A stretch of 64,000 nucleotides of DNA from contig CBCPMW010000008.1 in NCBI GenBank assembly GCA_965120375.1, forward strand, positions 6,091 through 70,090. The letters run 5' to 3'. The notes below the pieces were generated by a model. It was given only the letters and a program-made list of their open reading frames with translations, ran no database searches and was not told the origin of the DNA. Shown here piece after piece: positions 44,449 through 56,370 of this stretch (positions are counted from its first letter, which is position 1; every line of letters starts with the position of its first letter). The position numbers and the translations under genes are program-made. The stretch is from an uncultured Eubacteriales bacterium (GTDB taxonomy: Bacteria > Bacillota > Clostridia > Oscillospirales > Acutalibacteraceae).

Positions 44449-45361
44449 TTTACATTGTGATACTCTCTATGAAATGTATAATAGAGGATCCTGTTTGTAT
44501 CAAAATGATTGTCACGTTTGCCTAAAAGATATAGGCGAACTTGAATATTATATAGGTTGTTTTGCTATTTGGATGCCAGATGATTATCGTGGGAATTATG
44601 CAGTTGAATTTTTCAATAAAATATATGAAAAATTTGAGCGAGAGAAAGTAAAAAATGCTTCTAATTTAACTTTAATAAAAAGTTCGGAAAATATCAATGA
44701 AGTTTGCACTGAAAAACCTGGAATTATTTTGACAATTGAAGGTGGGTCAGTACTAAATTCTGATCTAAAAATGGTGAAAAGACTTTATGATATGGGTGTT
44801 AGAGTTATTACGCTTACATGGAACGGTGGAAATGAAATTGGAGATGGGAATGAGGTTGAAAGTCCAAAAGGAATAACAGAATTTGGGATCAAAGCTGTAG
44901 CTGAAATGGAGAAAAGTGGGATTATAGTTGATGTTTCGCATGCAAGTAAGCCACTTTTTTATAATGTAAGTGAAATAAGTAAAAAACCGTTTATTGCAAC
45001 TCACTGCAATGCTGATAGTATTTGTAAACATAGCAGAAATCTTACTGATGATCAGTTTAACATAATACGGGAAAAAGGAGGACTTGTAGGGATTACATTT
45101 TGTAAAAAGTTTTTGAATTCTGAAAAAGAAGCTAGTATATGTGATATTATGAAGCATATAGAGCACTTTCTTTCTATGGGAGGAGAAAAAATACTTGCGA
45201 TTGGTAGTGATTTTGACGGGACAGATGTTCCAAAAGATTTAAAAGGAATACAATCTGTAGGGATTTTGTATGAGTATTTACTAAAACACAATTACAGTGA
45301 AGAATTAGTCGATAGGATTTTTTATAAGAATTCTGTTGATTTTTTCAAAAAAATGTTGTAG
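44435..45361 (+). CDS. membrane dipeptidase family protein (peptidase M19)
   Basis: N-terminus MKFFDLHCDT gives the His/Asp metal site. Further motifs are LTWNGGNEIGDG, DVSHAS, ATHCNA and GSDFDG. Confidence 0.8.
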   Translation: MKFFDLHCDTLYEMYNRGSCLYQNDCHVCLKDIGELEYYIGCFAIWMPDDYRGNYAVEFFNKIYEKFEREKVKNASNLTLIKSSENINEVCTEKPGIILTIEGGSVLNSDLKMVKRLYDMGVRVITLTWNGGNEIGDGNEVESPKGITEFGIKAVAEMEKSGIIVDVSHASKPLFYNVSEISKKPFIATHCNADSICKHSRNLTDDQFNIIREKGGLVGITFCKKFLNSEKEASICDIMKHIEHFLSMGGEKILAIGSDFDGTDVPKDLKGIQSVGILYEYLLKHNYSEELVDRIFYKNSVDFFKKML

Positions 45362-45385
45362 CTTAGTCAAAAGGGATTGAAATAT

Positions 45386-46075
45386 ATGTCTATTTATGCA
45401 ATAGCTGACCTGCATTTATCTTTAGGTACGGAGAAACCGATGGATATATTCAAAGGTTGGGACAATTACGTTAGTAAATTAGAAGAAAATTGGAAGAAAG
45501 TAGTAAGAGATACGGATACAGTAGTGATTGCTGGTGATATATCATGGGCTTTAAAATTAGAAGAATCTGTGAACGATTTTAAATTTATAGAGGCGCTTCC
45601 TGGTAAAAAAATTATAATTAAAGGTAATCATGATTATTGGTGGTCAAGTGCAAATAAAATAAACGAATTTTTTAGTAAAAACTCTATAAATTCGATTTCC
45701 ATTTTACATAATTCAGCAATACAGATTGGTGAGACATGTATTTGTGGTACAAGAGGATGGCTTTATAATTCTGAAGAGGAAAGTGATAAAAAGATACTTG
45801 TTCGTGAAGCGGGTAGATTAAAAAGATCTATTGAGGTTGCTGAGGGCAAAGGTGGGAATCCTATTGTATTTTTACATTATCCACCTGTTTATGGAGATAA
45901 AGAATCTGATGAAATTATAAATATTTTAGTTGAAAGAAATATAAATAAATGTTATTATGGTCATATTCATGGGGGAAAATCTTCAGGAAAATTAAAAACA
46001 GGTGTGTATAAAGGGATAAGTTTAGAGCTTATTGCGTGTGACTACTTAGATTTTTGTCCAAAGTTGATTGTTTAG
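45386..46075 (+). CDS. calcineurin-like metallophosphoesterase
   Basis: Motifs in order: IADLH, GDISW, GNHDYWW, FLHYPP and GHIHG. Confidence 0.8.
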   Translation: MSIYAIADLHLSLGTEKPMDIFKGWDNYVSKLEENWKKVVRDTDTVVIAGDISWALKLEESVNDFKFIEALPGKKIIIKGNHDYWWSSANKINEFFSKNSINSISILHNSAIQIGETCICGTRGWLYNSEEESDKKILVREAGRLKRSIEVAEGKGGNPIVFLHYPPVYGDKESDEIINILVERNINKCYYGHIHGGKSSGKLKTGVYKGISLELIACDYLDFCPKLIV

Positions 46076-46162
46076 GAATTTTAGTGAAATTCGTAAAAAT
46101 ATCAAATGCGTGTTGTAAAGTTTTAAATTTTAGGATAGTTTTTAGAAAGGACTGGTTTGAAA

Positions 46163-47443
46163 ATGGAATTGAAGTCAAAAAACAAAATTTCGGCGAACGA
46201 GTATGAACTTGAGATAGCTATTTCTCCTGATGTTTTCAATAAGGAGGTTGATAAAGTTTATAAAAAGGAAATAAAGAGTGTTGCTGTTCCTGGATTTAGG
46301 AAAGGAAAAGCTCCGAGAGCATTTGTGGAAAAGTATTATGGCGAAAATGTATTTCATGAGGATGCTGTAAAAAATTTATACCCAAGCGCTATCGAAGAAG
46401 CTAGTAAAAAGTCAAAAATAGATCTCGTAGGAGTAAATAAGTTGGATATTGTTAAGTCAAGCAAGGAAGAAGGGCTTGTCTTTAAAGTTGTTGTTGTTTC
46501 TGAACCTGATGTAAATATAGGTAAGTATAAAGGCATCGAAATAAAAGAGGATAATAAACAGATCGGTCAAGAAGATGTGGATAAAGAAATTGAAAGGGTT
46601 CTTGAGAAAAATAGCAGATTAGTAAAAGTAGATTCTAGAAATGCAAAAATTGGCGATACAGTTTTGATTGATTTTGAAGGATTTATTGATGGAAAAGCTT
46701 TTGATGGAGGAAAGGCTACAAATTTTAATTTACAGCTCGGGAAAAAGCAGTTTATTGAGGGATTTGAAGATAAAATAGTGGGTCACAAAACTGGGGATGA
46801 ATTTGAAATTCAAGTAAAGTTTCCAGAAGAGTATCACAGTAAAGAATGCGCGGGAAAGGAAGCTGTGTTTAAGATTGTATTACATGAAATAAAAGAAAGA
46901 GAACTGCCGGCATTTGATGATGAATTCGTAAAAGATATAAGTGAATTTGATACTGTGGAAGAGTATAAAGAAAATTTAAGATCAACGCTAGACGAGAGAA
47001 ATAAAAAAAGAAAAGAAGAAGAGCTTGATAAATTGATTTCGGATAAGTTAGTTCAGCTGACAGAAGCTGATATACCCGATATTATGATAGAAAAGAAAAT
47101 AGATTCAATGGTTGAAGAATTTAAGTACCATTTGAATTCACAAGGTGTTAGTATAAAGGACTATGAAACTTTAACGGGTTTTAGCTCTGATAAAGTTAGA
47201 GAGCAGTTTAAAACACAAGCGCAGTCACAAGTTAAATTGAGTCTTGCGCTGAAAAAGATAGCTGAACTTGAAAAAATCAGCGTAACAGGGGAAGAGATAG
47301 AGAAAAAATACGATGATATGGCTAAGAATTATAAAGTCGATAGAAAACATTTAGATGCACTTGTAGATAAGTCTGATATTGAAAAAGATATAAAGTTTCA
47401 AAAAGCTATGGAATTGGTAAAAAATAATATAGTTTTGATTTAA
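46163..47443 (+). CDS. tig: trigger factor
   Basis: Ribosome-binding signature GFRKGKAPR, a central FKBP-like domain ([14 protein letters not shown]) and a position immediately upstream of clpP-clpX. Confidence 0.95.
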   Translation: MELKSKNKISANEYELEIAISPDVFNKEVDKVYKKEIKSVAVPGFRKGKAPRAFVEKYYGENVFHEDAVKNLYPSAIEEASKKSKIDLVGVNKLDIVKSSKEEGLVFKVVVVSEPDVNIGKYKGIEIKEDNKQIGQEDVDKEIERVLEKNSRLVKVDSRNAKIGDTVLIDFEGFIDGKAFDGGKATNFNLQLGKKQFIEGFEDKIVGHKTGDEFEIQVKFPEEYHSKECAGKEAVFKIVLHEIKERELPAFDDEFVKDISEFDTVEEYKENLRSTLDERNKKRKEEELDKLISDKLVQLTEADIPDIMIEKKIDSMVEEFKYHLNSQGVSIKDYETLTGFSSDKVREQFKTQAQSQVKLSLALKKIAELEKISVTGEEIEKKYDDMAKNYKVDRKHLDALVDKSDIEKDIKFQKAMELVKNNIVLI

Positions 47444-47474
47444 GTTTTTAACTAATACTTATGGAGGTATTTTT

Positions 47475-48065
47475 ATGAGTTTAGTCCCTTATGTTGTAGA
47501 ACAGACTAGCCGCGGTGAGAGGTCATATGACATATATTCTAGGCTATTAAATGATAGGATTGTAATGTTGCATGAAGAAGTTAATAGTACAACAGCTAGC
47601 TTAGTAGTAGCTCAGCTTTTGTATTTAGAAGGTCAGGATGCATCAAAGGATATAAACCTTTATATAAATAGTCCAGGGGGCTCTGTTACTGACGGTTTTG
47701 CAATTTACGATACTATGCAGTATATAAAATGTGATGTTTCGACGATATGTATGGGTTTGGCTGCAAGTATGGGAGCTTTCTTGCTTGCTGCGGGAGCAAA
47801 AGGAAAAAGATTTGCACTACCAAACAGCGAAATAATGATACATCAGCCGCTGGGAAGGGTCCAAGGACAGGCAACTGATATGAGAATTCATACTGAAAAC
47901 ATCTTAAAAACTAAAGAAAGACTGAACAAAATTTTAGCTGAAAGAACTGGTCAACCCCTTGAAAAAATAGAACAAGATACTGAAAGGGATAATTTTATGG
48001 TTGCCGAAGAAGCAATGAAATACGGTATTGTTGATAAAGTTATAGATAGAAGAGTAGAGAAATAA
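47475..48065 (+). CDS. clpP: ATP-dependent Clp protease proteolytic subunit
   Basis: Sequence includes [13 protein letters not shown]. The catalytic Ser context is GLAASMGAF and the catalytic His context is MIHQP. Confidence 0.97.
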   Translation: MSLVPYVVEQTSRGERSYDIYSRLLNDRIVMLHEEVNSTTASLVVAQLLYLEGQDASKDINLYINSPGGSVTDGFAIYDTMQYIKCDVSTICMGLAASMGAFLLAAGAKGKRFALPNSEIMIHQPLGRVQGQATDMRIHTENILKTKERLNKILAERTGQPLEKIEQDTERDNFMVAEEAMKYGIVDKVIDRRVEK

Positions 48066-48080
48066 ATTGGAGGGGTCTTA

Positions 48081-49424
48081 TTGAATATGAGTAGAGGGGA
48101 TAAAGACAGAGAACTTTGTTGTTCATTTTGTGGAAAACCTCAAGATCAAGCTAAAAAGTTGATTGCAGGTCCCGGGGTTTGTATATGTGATGAGTGTGTT
48201 GATCTTTGTTTGTCTATAATAGAAGAAGGAAAGGATGAAGCTAAATCGAGCGAAAATATAAAGTTAAAAAAAGATGAGGCAGAATCAAAAAAAGTTTTAC
48301 CTAAACCGCACGAGATAAAAGAGTATTTAGATCAGTATGTGATAGGTCAGGATGCTGCGAAAGAATCTCTTTGTGTAGCTGTCTATAATCATTATAAAAG
48401 GGTTTATTTTGGTAAAAGTGATGATACTGAAATTGCAAAAAGTAATGTTCTTCTTCTTGGCCCAACAGGGGTAGGAAAAACGCTGCTTGCACAGACTTTA
48501 GCTAAAAAGCTTGATGTTCCCTTTGCGATTGCTGATGCAACAACTCTTACAGAAGCTGGATATGTCGGTGAAGACGTTGAAAATATTCTTCTTCGCCTGA
48601 TACAAGTTGCTGATTTTGATATAGAAAGAGCGGAACTTGGGATAATATATGTAGATGAAATAGATAAAATAGCAAGAAAGTCCGAAAATGCTTCAATTAC
48701 AAGAGATGTAAGTGGAGAAGGGGTGCAGCAGGCGCTTTTAAAAATTTTAGAAGGAACTGTTTCGAATGTGCCGCCCAAGGGAGGAAGAAAACACCCGCAG
48801 CAGGAGTTTATACAGATTAACACGTCGAATATACTGTTTATATGTGGCGGGGCTTTTGATGGTTTAGAAAAGATAATTGAGAAAAGAGTAGGGTCCTCTT
48901 CTATGGGCTTTGAAGCTAAAGTTATGAGCAGAAAAGAACTAGATACAACTGATTGGATGAGTAAGACAGTGCCTCAGGATCTAGTTAAATTTGGATTGAT
49001 CCCGGAACTTGTAGGAAGACTTCCGGTCATAACCGCTTTAAATGGACTTGATGAAGATGCTCTTGTAAAGATATTAACTGAACCTAAAAATTCACTTCTA
49101 AAACAGTACAAAAAATTATTCAGTCTTGATAATGTTGAGCTTGAAATAACACAAGAGGCTCTTAGGGCCATTGCTAAAGAGGCTATTGAGCGACACAATG
49201 GAGCGCGTGGTTTAAGAGCGATTATGGAGTCTGTGCTTCAGAAGATAATGTTTGAGGTTCCGTCTAGACATACAATAGAAAAAGTTATAGTAACAGAAGC
49301 GACAGTTAAGGGTGATTCTGAACCTGAACTTGTTTTCGATGAAACCAGGCATCCTACCGTGATATCTATGGATAATAAAAACCCGAATAATAAATTTGAT
49401 AAAAATAATATTGATGCATCGTAG
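48081..49424 (+). CDS. clpX: ATP-dependent Clp protease ATP-binding subunit ClpX
   Basis: Zinc-binding N-terminus CSFCGK...CICDECV, Walker A GPTGVGKT, Walker [10 protein letters not shown], and GARGLR. Confidence 0.97.
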   Translation: MNMSRGDKDRELCCSFCGKPQDQAKKLIAGPGVCICDECVDLCLSIIEEGKDEAKSSENIKLKKDEAESKKVLPKPHEIKEYLDQYVIGQDAAKESLCVAVYNHYKRVYFGKSDDTEIAKSNVLLLGPTGVGKTLLAQTLAKKLDVPFAIADATTLTEAGYVGEDVENILLRLIQVADFDIERAELGIIYVDEIDKIARKSENASITRDVSGEGVQQALLKILEGTVSNVPPKGGRKHPQQEFIQINTSNILFICGGAFDGLEKIIEKRVGSSSMGFEAKVMSRKELDTTDWMSKTVPQDLVKFGLIPELVGRLPVITALNGLDEDALVKILTEPKNSLLKQYKKLFSLDNVELEITQEALRAIAKEAIERHNGARGLRAIMESVLQKIMFEVPSRHTIEKVIVTEATVKGDSEPELVFDETRHPTVISMDNKNPNNKFDKNNIDAS

Positions 49425-49461
49425 GTTTTGTTTTTTAAAGACTTAGAGTGGGGGTAGACCA

Positions 49462-51846
49462 ATGGAAGGTAAAAATATACTGCCTGTTGTACCACTTTGT
49501 GGATTTGTTATGTTTCCTAGTTCTAGCTTTAACTTTGAGCTTTCTAGGAAAAGGTCAATTTTAGCGGCCGAAGAAGCAATAAAAACTGACCAAAAGGTTT
49601 TTATTGTTACACAGAGAGAAATATTAGAGGACAGTCCCAAACAGGAAGATCTTTATGAAATGGGGATAGTCTCAAATGTCAAACATATTATTCATCAAGG
49701 CAGTTCTTCAGTTAGAGTACTAGCGGAGGGTCTTTACAGAGCGAGAATGTCTGATTTTTTAGATGATGGACCTTTTATTTACGCAGATGTAGAAAGATGT
49801 GAAGTGATAGATTATGAAAATACACACGAGATAGAAGCTTTAGGAAGGAAAGCTAAAGATCTTTTTGAGTGCTATTTAAGATTTTTATCAAAAGTTCCTC
49901 CAGATTTGATTATGAAAATGAGAAATATTAGTGATATAGGAGAAATTTCTGACTATATATCTTCTAATATTATTTTAAATACTGATAAGAAACAAGAACT
50001 GTTAGAGCTGTTAGATTCAAAGGAAAGAATGGAAAAACTCCTTTCTTTTTTGGCAAACGAAATTAAAGTTATGGAGATAGAGGAAAAAATAGCCATTAAA
50101 CTAAAAAATAACATGGACAAAAGTCACCAAGATTATGTCTTGAGAGAACAAATGAAGGTTATTTCACAAGAACTTGGTGAAGAAGACGATTTAAGAGCTG
50201 AGGCAGTTGAATACAAATCTAAACTAGAAAGGTTAAATCTAAAAGGCGAAGTATTAAAAAAACTTTCAAAAGAATGTGACAGGTTCTCAAGGCTTCCAGC
50301 AGCATCTAGTGAAGCGAGTATAAGCCGAAATTATATTGAAACTTGTCTTGGTTTGCCGTGGAATAAAAGAACTAAAGATAAAATTGATCTAAATGAAGCA
50401 AAAAAAATACTAGATCAGGAGCACTTTGGACTTTCTGAAGTTAAAGATAGAATAATAGAAATTTTAGCTGTTAGAAAGTTATCTAAAACTAGTAGAGGGC
50501 AAATTATTTGTCTGGAAGGGCCACCTGGAGTAGGAAAAACATCAGTTGCAAGGTCAATTGCCAGAACTATGGGGCGGAAATACCAGAGAATATCTCTCGG
50601 CGGAATAAAAGATGAGTCGGAAATAAGGGGGCATAGAAGGACGTATCTTGGAGCTTTGCCTGGCAGGATAATTTCATCTATCAAACAAAGTGGTGTGAAA
50701 AATCCGCTGATTTTACTAGATGAAGTTGACAAAATGACAACTGGTTATAATGGTGATCCTTATGCAGCTTTGTTAGAAGTTTTAGATCCGGAACAAAATA
50801 GTGAATTTTTTGATCATTATATAGATTTACCTTTTGATTTAAGTGAAGTTTTGTTTATAACTACAGCTAATGATAAATCTAGAATACCAAAACCCTTACG
50901 AGACAGAATGGAAATTATAAACCTGTATAGTTATACTTACGAGGAAAAGTTTAATATAGCAAAAGAACATCTAATTCCTAAACTTTTTAAGAAAAATGGT
51001 TTAAAACCGGATAATTTTTCCATTTGCGACGAGGCTATTAGTTTTTTGATCAAAAATTATATCAGAGAAGCTGGAGTTAGGGAACTTGAGAAAAAGATAA
51101 ATTTACTTATGATGAAAACGGCAGTTAAAATTGTTTTAAAAGAAGTAAGTTCCGTTAAGATTGACAAGAAAGCGATAATTAAAATGCTTGGGCCAGAAAA
51201 ATATAAAACAAATGAGATAGATAGAGATAGTCAAGTAGGGGTAGTGAATGGTTTAGCTTGGACTGCAGTTGGCGGCGAAACTATGCCGATTGAGGTAACT
51301 TTGATGAAAGGAAAAGGTAAGGTTCAAGTTACGGGATCACTCGGCGATGTTATGAAGGAATCGGCCCACATTGCTGTAAGTTATATTAGAAGTAATGCAG
51401 GTATGCTTGGTATAAGTTCAGATTTTTATGAAAAAACAGATATACACATTCATGCTCCTGAAGGTGCCGTACCGAAAGACGGACCTTCGGCAGGGGTGAC
51501 AATGACTACAGCATTGGTTTCGGCTTTAAGCGGTATTCCTGTTAAGCAGAATCTTGCAATGACCGGAGAGATTACGTTAAAAGGTAGGGTTTTAGCTATA
51601 GGAGGTCTTAAAGAAAAGACGATGGCGGCTTATCGCGAAGGATTAAAAACTGTTATAATTCCGTCTGAAAATAAAAATGATCTAGAAAAGATAGATAAAA
51701 AAGTTAAAAAATCATTGAAATTCGTTATGGTAAATGATTTGAGTTCAGTTTTTAAACATTCTTTTGATGTTGAATATACGGGAAAAAGAAGTAGGATAGG
51801 TATTAGGTGTACTAAGGACGAAGTGCTTACTACGGCTATTTGTTAA
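49462..51846 (+). CDS. lon: endopeptidase La (LonA protease)
   Basis: LON N-domain, Walker A GPPGVGKTS, Walker B LLDEVDK, and the protease Ser-Lys dyad context PKDGPSAGVTM ... GGLKEK. Confidence 0.96.
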   Translation: MEGKNILPVVPLCGFVMFPSSSFNFELSRKRSILAAEEAIKTDQKVFIVTQREILEDSPKQEDLYEMGIVSNVKHIIHQGSSSVRVLAEGLYRARMSDFLDDGPFIYADVERCEVIDYENTHEIEALGRKAKDLFECYLRFLSKVPPDLIMKMRNISDIGEISDYISSNIILNTDKKQELLELLDSKERMEKLLSFLANEIKVMEIEEKIAIKLKNNMDKSHQDYVLREQMKVISQELGEEDDLRAEAVEYKSKLERLNLKGEVLKKLSKECDRFSRLPAASSEASISRNYIETCLGLPWNKRTKDKIDLNEAKKILDQEHFGLSEVKDRIIEILAVRKLSKTSRGQIICLEGPPGVGKTSVARSIARTMGRKYQRISLGGIKDESEIRGHRRTYLGALPGRIISSIKQSGVKNPLILLDEVDKMTTGYNGDPYAALLEVLDPEQNSEFFDHYIDLPFDLSEVLFITTANDKSRIPKPLRDRMEIINLYSYTYEEKFNIAKEHLIPKLFKKNGLKPDNFSICDEAISFLIKNYIREAGVRELEKKINLLMMKTAVKIVLKEVSSVKIDKKAIIKMLGPEKYKTNEIDRDSQVGVVNGLAWTAVGGETMPIEVTLMKGKGKVQVTGSLGDVMKESAHIAVSYIRSNAGMLGISSDFYEKTDIHIHAPEGAVPKDGPSAGVTMTTALVSALSGIPVKQNLAMTGEITLKGRVLAIGGLKEKTMAAYREGLKTVIIPSENKNDLEKIDKKVKKSLKFVMVNDLSSVFKHSFDVEYTGKRSRIGIRCTKDEVLTTAIC

Positions 51847-51863
51847 ATAAAGATGGGGGATAT

Positions 51864-52442
51864 ATGCTTAACTTTAATAAAGCCGAGTTTGAATATTGTA
51901 TAGGTGAGATTGAGCAAGCTCCCGTGTCTGAATGTCCCGAAATTGTTTTTTCTGGGCGATCTAATGTTGGAAAGTCTTCCTTTATAAATAAAATTCTTAG
52001 TAGAAAATCTTTGGCTAGAATCAGTAGTAAACCGGGAAAAACAGTTACAATTAATTTTTATAGAGTTGAAAATATAAGACTTGTAGATATGCCAGGATAT
52101 GGATATGCTAGGGTTTCGGTTTCTGAAAAAGAACGCTGGTCTAGATTAGTGGAAGGTTACTTTAATTCCTCTAGAAACATAGCACTAGTTTTTCAGATTG
52201 TAGATTTAAGGCACCCACCTTCAAAACAGGATATGGAAATGATATCGTATCTCAGTTTTAGAAAAATTCCTTTTGTTGTAGTTGCGACGAAACTAGATAA
52301 GCTAAACAAAACGCAGAGGGAAAAAAGAACAATTGGACTGAAAGAGGAACTTTCTAATTTTAATGGTATAAAGATAGTTTTGTTTTCTGCAGTTACGGGA
52401 GAAGGATCGGATAAAATAAGGGAGATTATAAGTAGTTTATAG
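51864..52442 (+). CDS. engB: ribosome biogenesis GTP-binding protein YsxC/EngB
   Basis: G1 motif GRSNVGKSSFIN, G3 motif DMPGYG, G4 motif TKLDK. It sits in the conserved position after lon. The ORF track opens at TTG 51840. Confidence 0.9.
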   Translation: MLNFNKAEFEYCIGEIEQAPVSECPEIVFSGRSNVGKSSFINKILSRKSLARISSKPGKTVTINFYRVENIRLVDMPGYGYARVSVSEKERWSRLVEGYFNSSRNIALVFQIVDLRHPPSKQDMEMISYLSFRKIPFVVVATKLDKLNKTQREKRTIGLKEELSNFNGIKIVLFSAVTGEGSDKIREIISSL

Positions 52443-52484
52443 TAGAAGAATAAAAATGTGTGAAAATGAAAGGGAAAAACTAAA

Positions 52485-53774
52485 ATGAAAGGGATAAGCG
52501 TAAATAGTCAAGGTTGTTTAATGATAGGGTCTTGTAGCACTTTGGAATTAGCTAAAATTTATAAAACGCCACTTTATGTTATGGATGAAGAGGTTATAAG
52601 GGGTAACTGCCGGTTTTTTGTAGGTACAATGAAGGAATTTTACGGAGAAAATTTTAATGTAATTTATGCAAGTAAAGCTTTTATGTGTAAAGAGATTTGT
52701 AAAATTGTAGAAAGTGAAGGTTTAAATATCGATGTAGTTTCCTCCGGAGAGCTTTACACTGCTGTGAAAGCTGGATTTAATAGTAAAAAAATATATTTTC
52801 ATGGGAACAATAAAACATATGACGAACTAAAGCTTGCCATTTCTAGTGAAGTCGGGATAATTGTTATTGATAATAAATATGAAGCCGAAATGATATCAGA
52901 TATTGCGGTAAATTTAGGTAAAGAAGTAAATGTTTTAGTTAGGATAAAACCAGGAGTGGAAGCCCATACGCACAGTTTTATAAAAACTGGGCAAATTGAT
53001 TCTAAGTTTGGATTTGCTATAGAAAATGGCGAGGCTTTAGATATAATTTTGAAATTGAAAAATACAAAAGCTATAAATTTTAAAGGTATTCACTGTCATA
53101 TAGGTTCCCAAATTATAGGGGTGGAGCCTTTTGTTAGGGCAGCTGAAGTTATGCTTGAATTTGTTAATGTACTTAGCAAAAAATTTAATGTTAAGGTAGA
53201 TGAATTAAATTTAGGTGGGGGATTCGGAATAAAATATTTAGATAGCGATTTTCCATTAAATTGCAGGGAATGTATAGAAAAAGTTTCTAAAACTATAAAG
53301 AATAAATGCGACGAATTTTCTATAAAAACACCAAAAATTTCAATTGAACCAGGAAGATCGATTGTAGGGGAAGCAGGATTAACTCTTTATAAAGTAGGAA
53401 ATATAAAAGAAATAAAAAATGTTAGAACGTATGTATCCATTGATGGAGGAATGACAGATAACCCAAGGTACATATTGTACGGATCTGAGTATGAAGTTGT
53501 AAATGCAGGTAAAATGAGAGAAAAAAAAGAGAAAGTAGTCACTATAGCAGGAAAATGTTGTGAAAGTGGAGATTTAATCCAAAAAGACGTAAATATTTGC
53601 AATTCAGAAGTAGGTGATGTTTTAGCAGTTTTAAGTACAGGGGCATATAATTATTCGATGGCATCCAATTATAACCGTATTCCAAAAGCTGCAGTAGTTA
53701 TGGTGAAAAATGGCGAGCATAGACTAATTGTGAAGAGACAAACTTTAGATGACATTGTAAAACAAGACATTTAA
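52485..53774 (+). CDS. lysA: diaminopimelate decarboxylase
   Basis: PLP-Lys context YASKAF, plus HCHIGSQI, GGGFGI, EPGRSIVG and the CESGD motif typical of LysA. Confidence 0.92.
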   Translation: MKGISVNSQGCLMIGSCSTLELAKIYKTPLYVMDEEVIRGNCRFFVGTMKEFYGENFNVIYASKAFMCKEICKIVESEGLNIDVVSSGELYTAVKAGFNSKKIYFHGNNKTYDELKLAISSEVGIIVIDNKYEAEMISDIAVNLGKEVNVLVRIKPGVEAHTHSFIKTGQIDSKFGFAIENGEALDIILKLKNTKAINFKGIHCHIGSQIIGVEPFVRAAEVMLEFVNVLSKKFNVKVDELNLGGGFGIKYLDSDFPLNCRECIEKVSKTIKNKCDEFSIKTPKISIEPGRSIVGEAGLTLYKVGNIKEIKNVRTYVSIDGGMTDNPRYILYGSEYEVVNAGKMREKKEKVVTIAGKCCESGDLIQKDVNICNSEVGDVLAVLSTGAYNYSMASNYNRIPKAAVVMVKNGEHRLIVKRQTLDDIVKQDI

Positions 53775-53935
53775 AAAGTAAGAGTTTATTTAATATACGA
53801 ATAATTTTCTTGACACCTGCTATGTATAAATAATACACTATATAAGTGTGCTTTTGCGCTATATTCAGTGTAGACGCAGAAAATTTACGGATTTTTTGTT
53901 TTAATTGTATTATTTGTGGGAGGTAGTGGTCATAG

Positions 53936-55474
53936 GTGACTGTATTTTTGATTTTATTACTAGTTTTATTGTGTATAATTTCGTTTGTAAGCGGTATTGT
54001 ATATAGAAAAAAGATAGGAGAGAAAGCGATAGAGTCAGCTGAAAAAGAGGCTGAAAGGATAGTCAGGGGAGCGAAAGAATCGATAGAAGCAAGGAGAAAA
54101 GAAGCAGCACTCGAAGGAAAAGAAGAGGTTCACAAATTTAGAGTAAGTGTAGAGCGGGAAATTTCTGATATGAGACGGGATATTCAGCATCATGAAAGAA
54201 GGATACAACAAAAAGAAGAAAATGTAGATAAAAGGGTAGAAAGCTTAGAAAAGAAAGAGAATATGCTTAAAGGCAAAGAAAAAGAAATTGCTGATAAGAT
54301 GAAAGAAATAGAAAGAATTAAAAAAAGTCAGTTCGAAATGCTTGAAAAAATTTCTGGGTTTACAATTAAACAGGCAAAAGAATATTTGCTCAGGGGCTTA
54401 GACGAAGAACTTGCTCACGAAAAAGCTGTAAAGATTATGGAATACGAGCAGAAGATAAAAGAAGAAAGTGATTTAAAGGCTAGAAATATACTTTCTATTG
54501 CTATGCAAAGGTGTGCAGCTTACCATGTTTCCGAGACTGTTGTGTCTGTTGTTCCTTTGCCAAATGACGACATGAAAGGCAGAATAATAGGAAGAGAAGG
54601 AAGAAATATAAGGTCGATTGAAAATCTCACAGGAGTGGATTTAATTATTGATGATACTCCGGAAACAATTACACTTTCAGGATTTGATCCTATTAGAAGA
54701 GAAATTGCAAGAGTAGCACTTGAAAGTTTGATAGCTGATGGTAGAATACATCCATCTAAAATTGAAGAGATGGTAGAAAAAGCTAAGGCTGACGTGGAGA
54801 AAGATATAAAAGAGGAAGGCCAAAATGCTGCACTTGAAGTAAAAATAAATAATCTCCATCCAGAGATAGTAAAAATTCTTGGTAGATTGAAATATAGGAC
54901 AAGTTACGGGCAGAATGTTCTTAGGCATTCTATAGAGGTTGCGCACCTTTGTGGTATGATAGCTAGTGAATTAGGATTAGATCCAAGCGTTGCAAAGCGC
55001 GCCGGTCTTTTGCATGATATAGGGAAAGCTCTTGATCACGAAATAGAAGGATCTCATGTCGATATAGGTCTTGATATAATGAAAAAATATAAAGAGAATG
55101 AATCAGTTATGCATGCGGTACATGCTCATCATGGAGATGTAGAACCAAAAACTGTAGAAGCTTTTATATTGCAAGCAGCAGATGCTTTATCAGCGGCTAG
55201 ACCAGGGGCTAGACGTGAAAATATTGAAAACTATATAAGAAGATTAAAAAAACTAGAAGAATTGGTATCTTCTTTCACTGGGGTTAGTGCGTGTTTTGCA
55301 ATTCAAGCTGGGAGAGAAGTCAGGGTTATGGTGAAACCAGAAGTAATTGACGATGAAAAAATGATACCTCTTGCAAGAAGTATGTGTAAAAAAATAGAAT
55401 CTGAACTTGAGTATCCTGGCCAAGTTAAAGTGAATATAATAAGGGAAAGTAAAGTCATAGAATATGCAAGGTAA
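53936..55474 (+). CDS. rny: ribonuclease Y
   Basis: N-terminal TM segment and coiled coil. KH domain reads [14 protein letters not shown] domain reads [10 protein letters not shown]...LLHDIGKA. Length 512 aa. Confidence 0.96.
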   Translation: MTVFLILLLVLLCIISFVSGIVYRKKIGEKAIESAEKEAERIVRGAKESIEARRKEAALEGKEEVHKFRVSVEREISDMRRDIQHHERRIQQKEENVDKRVESLEKKENMLKGKEKEIADKMKEIERIKKSQFEMLEKISGFTIKQAKEYLLRGLDEELAHEKAVKIMEYEQKIKEESDLKARNILSIAMQRCAAYHVSETVVSVVPLPNDDMKGRIIGREGRNIRSIENLTGVDLIIDDTPETITLSGFDPIRREIARVALESLIADGRIHPSKIEEMVEKAKADVEKDIKEEGQNAALEVKINNLHPEIVKILGRLKYRTSYGQNVLRHSIEVAHLCGMIASELGLDPSVAKRAGLLHDIGKALDHEIEGSHVDIGLDIMKKYKENESVMHAVHAHHGDVEPKTVEAFILQAADALSAARPGARRENIENYIRRLKKLEELVSSFTGVSACFAIQAGREVRVMVKPEVIDDEKMIPLARSMCKKIESELEYPGQVKVNIIRESKVIEYAR

Positions 55475-55501
55475 TTAATGTTATTAACAAGGGGATTTTG
55501 T

Positions 55502-56284
55502 ATGAGAATTCTCTGCATAGGTGATGTTGTAGGACGGTGTGGTTGCGAGTTTTTGCGGATTAAGCTAAGGAGAATTAAAGAGAGGAAAAATATAGATTTG
55601 GTTATAGCAAATGGAGAGAATTCAGCTGAAGGTAACGGAATTACGGTACTTTCTTCTGAGCATTTGTTCAAAAGTGGTGTAGATGTTATAACTGCTGGGA
55701 ACCATACCTTTGCAAGAAGAGAAATAAGAGAGTATCTTGACTCCAATAAAAGGCTTATTAGACCTTTTAATTATCCGAAAGGAACGCCTGGAACAGGGAT
55801 TTGTAAATTGGAGTTAGGTGGGGTAAAAGTGGGAGTTTTAAATATTCTAGGAACTGTTTATCTAGAAAGTTTACAGTCTCCTTTTGAAGTACTTGACGAA
55901 GCGCTCACAAACCTTAGTGACTGTAAAGTAAAGATAGTAGATTTTCATGCAGAAGCTACGGCAGAAAAACGCGCTTTAGGTTTTTATTCTGACGGTAAGG
56001 TTTCAGCATTTTTTGGTACTCACACGCATGTACAGACTTCTGACGAAACTATATTACCTTTAGGTACAGGATACATAACAGACGTTGGTATGACTGGTGC
56101 AATTGATTCGGTTTTAGGAATAAAAAAAGAAATATCAATAGAAAGATTTAGAAAAAAGCTCCCGATTAAATTTAAGAATGCATCAGGGGATGCTAGAATC
56201 GAATGTGTAGTATTTGATGTGGATCCAAATACAGGGAAAACTAGATCTGTAGAAAGACTAAGAATTTTCCCAAGTTTCAGTTAG
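55502..56284 (+). CDS. ymdB: YmdB-family metallophosphoesterase (2',3'-cyclic-nucleotide 2'-phosphodiesterase)
   Basis: Sequence is MRILCIGDVVGR...VIANGENSAEGNGIT...TAGNH...DFHAEATAEK...GTHTHVQT. It sits in the conserved position after rny. Confidence 0.9.
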   Translation: MRILCIGDVVGRCGCEFLRIKLRRIKERKNIDLVIANGENSAEGNGITVLSSEHLFKSGVDVITAGNHTFARREIREYLDSNKRLIRPFNYPKGTPGTGICKLELGGVKVGVLNILGTVYLESLQSPFEVLDEALTNLSDCKVKIVDFHAEATAEKRALGFYSDGKVSAFFGTHTHVQTSDETILPLGTGYITDVGMTGAIDSVLGIKKEISIERFRKKLPIKFKNASGDARIECVVFDVDPNTGKTRSVERLRIFPSFS

Positions 56285-56370
56285 TAGTTTGTCGATATAT
56301 ACTAAATTTTCAAAATTACTTATAAAAGAATAAATATTCCCAGAAGATTTATTCGAGAGAAGTTCTATAT

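Noticed and set aside
52443-52484. A lysine riboswitch (L-box) upstream of lysA
   Set aside because: Only about 40 nt separate engB and lysA, which is not enough room for an L-box.
56328-56354. The hairpin GAATAAAT...ATTTATTC between convergent ymdB and rlmB as a terminator
   Set aside because: It is an all-AT 8-bp stem with an 11-nt loop, too weak to call.
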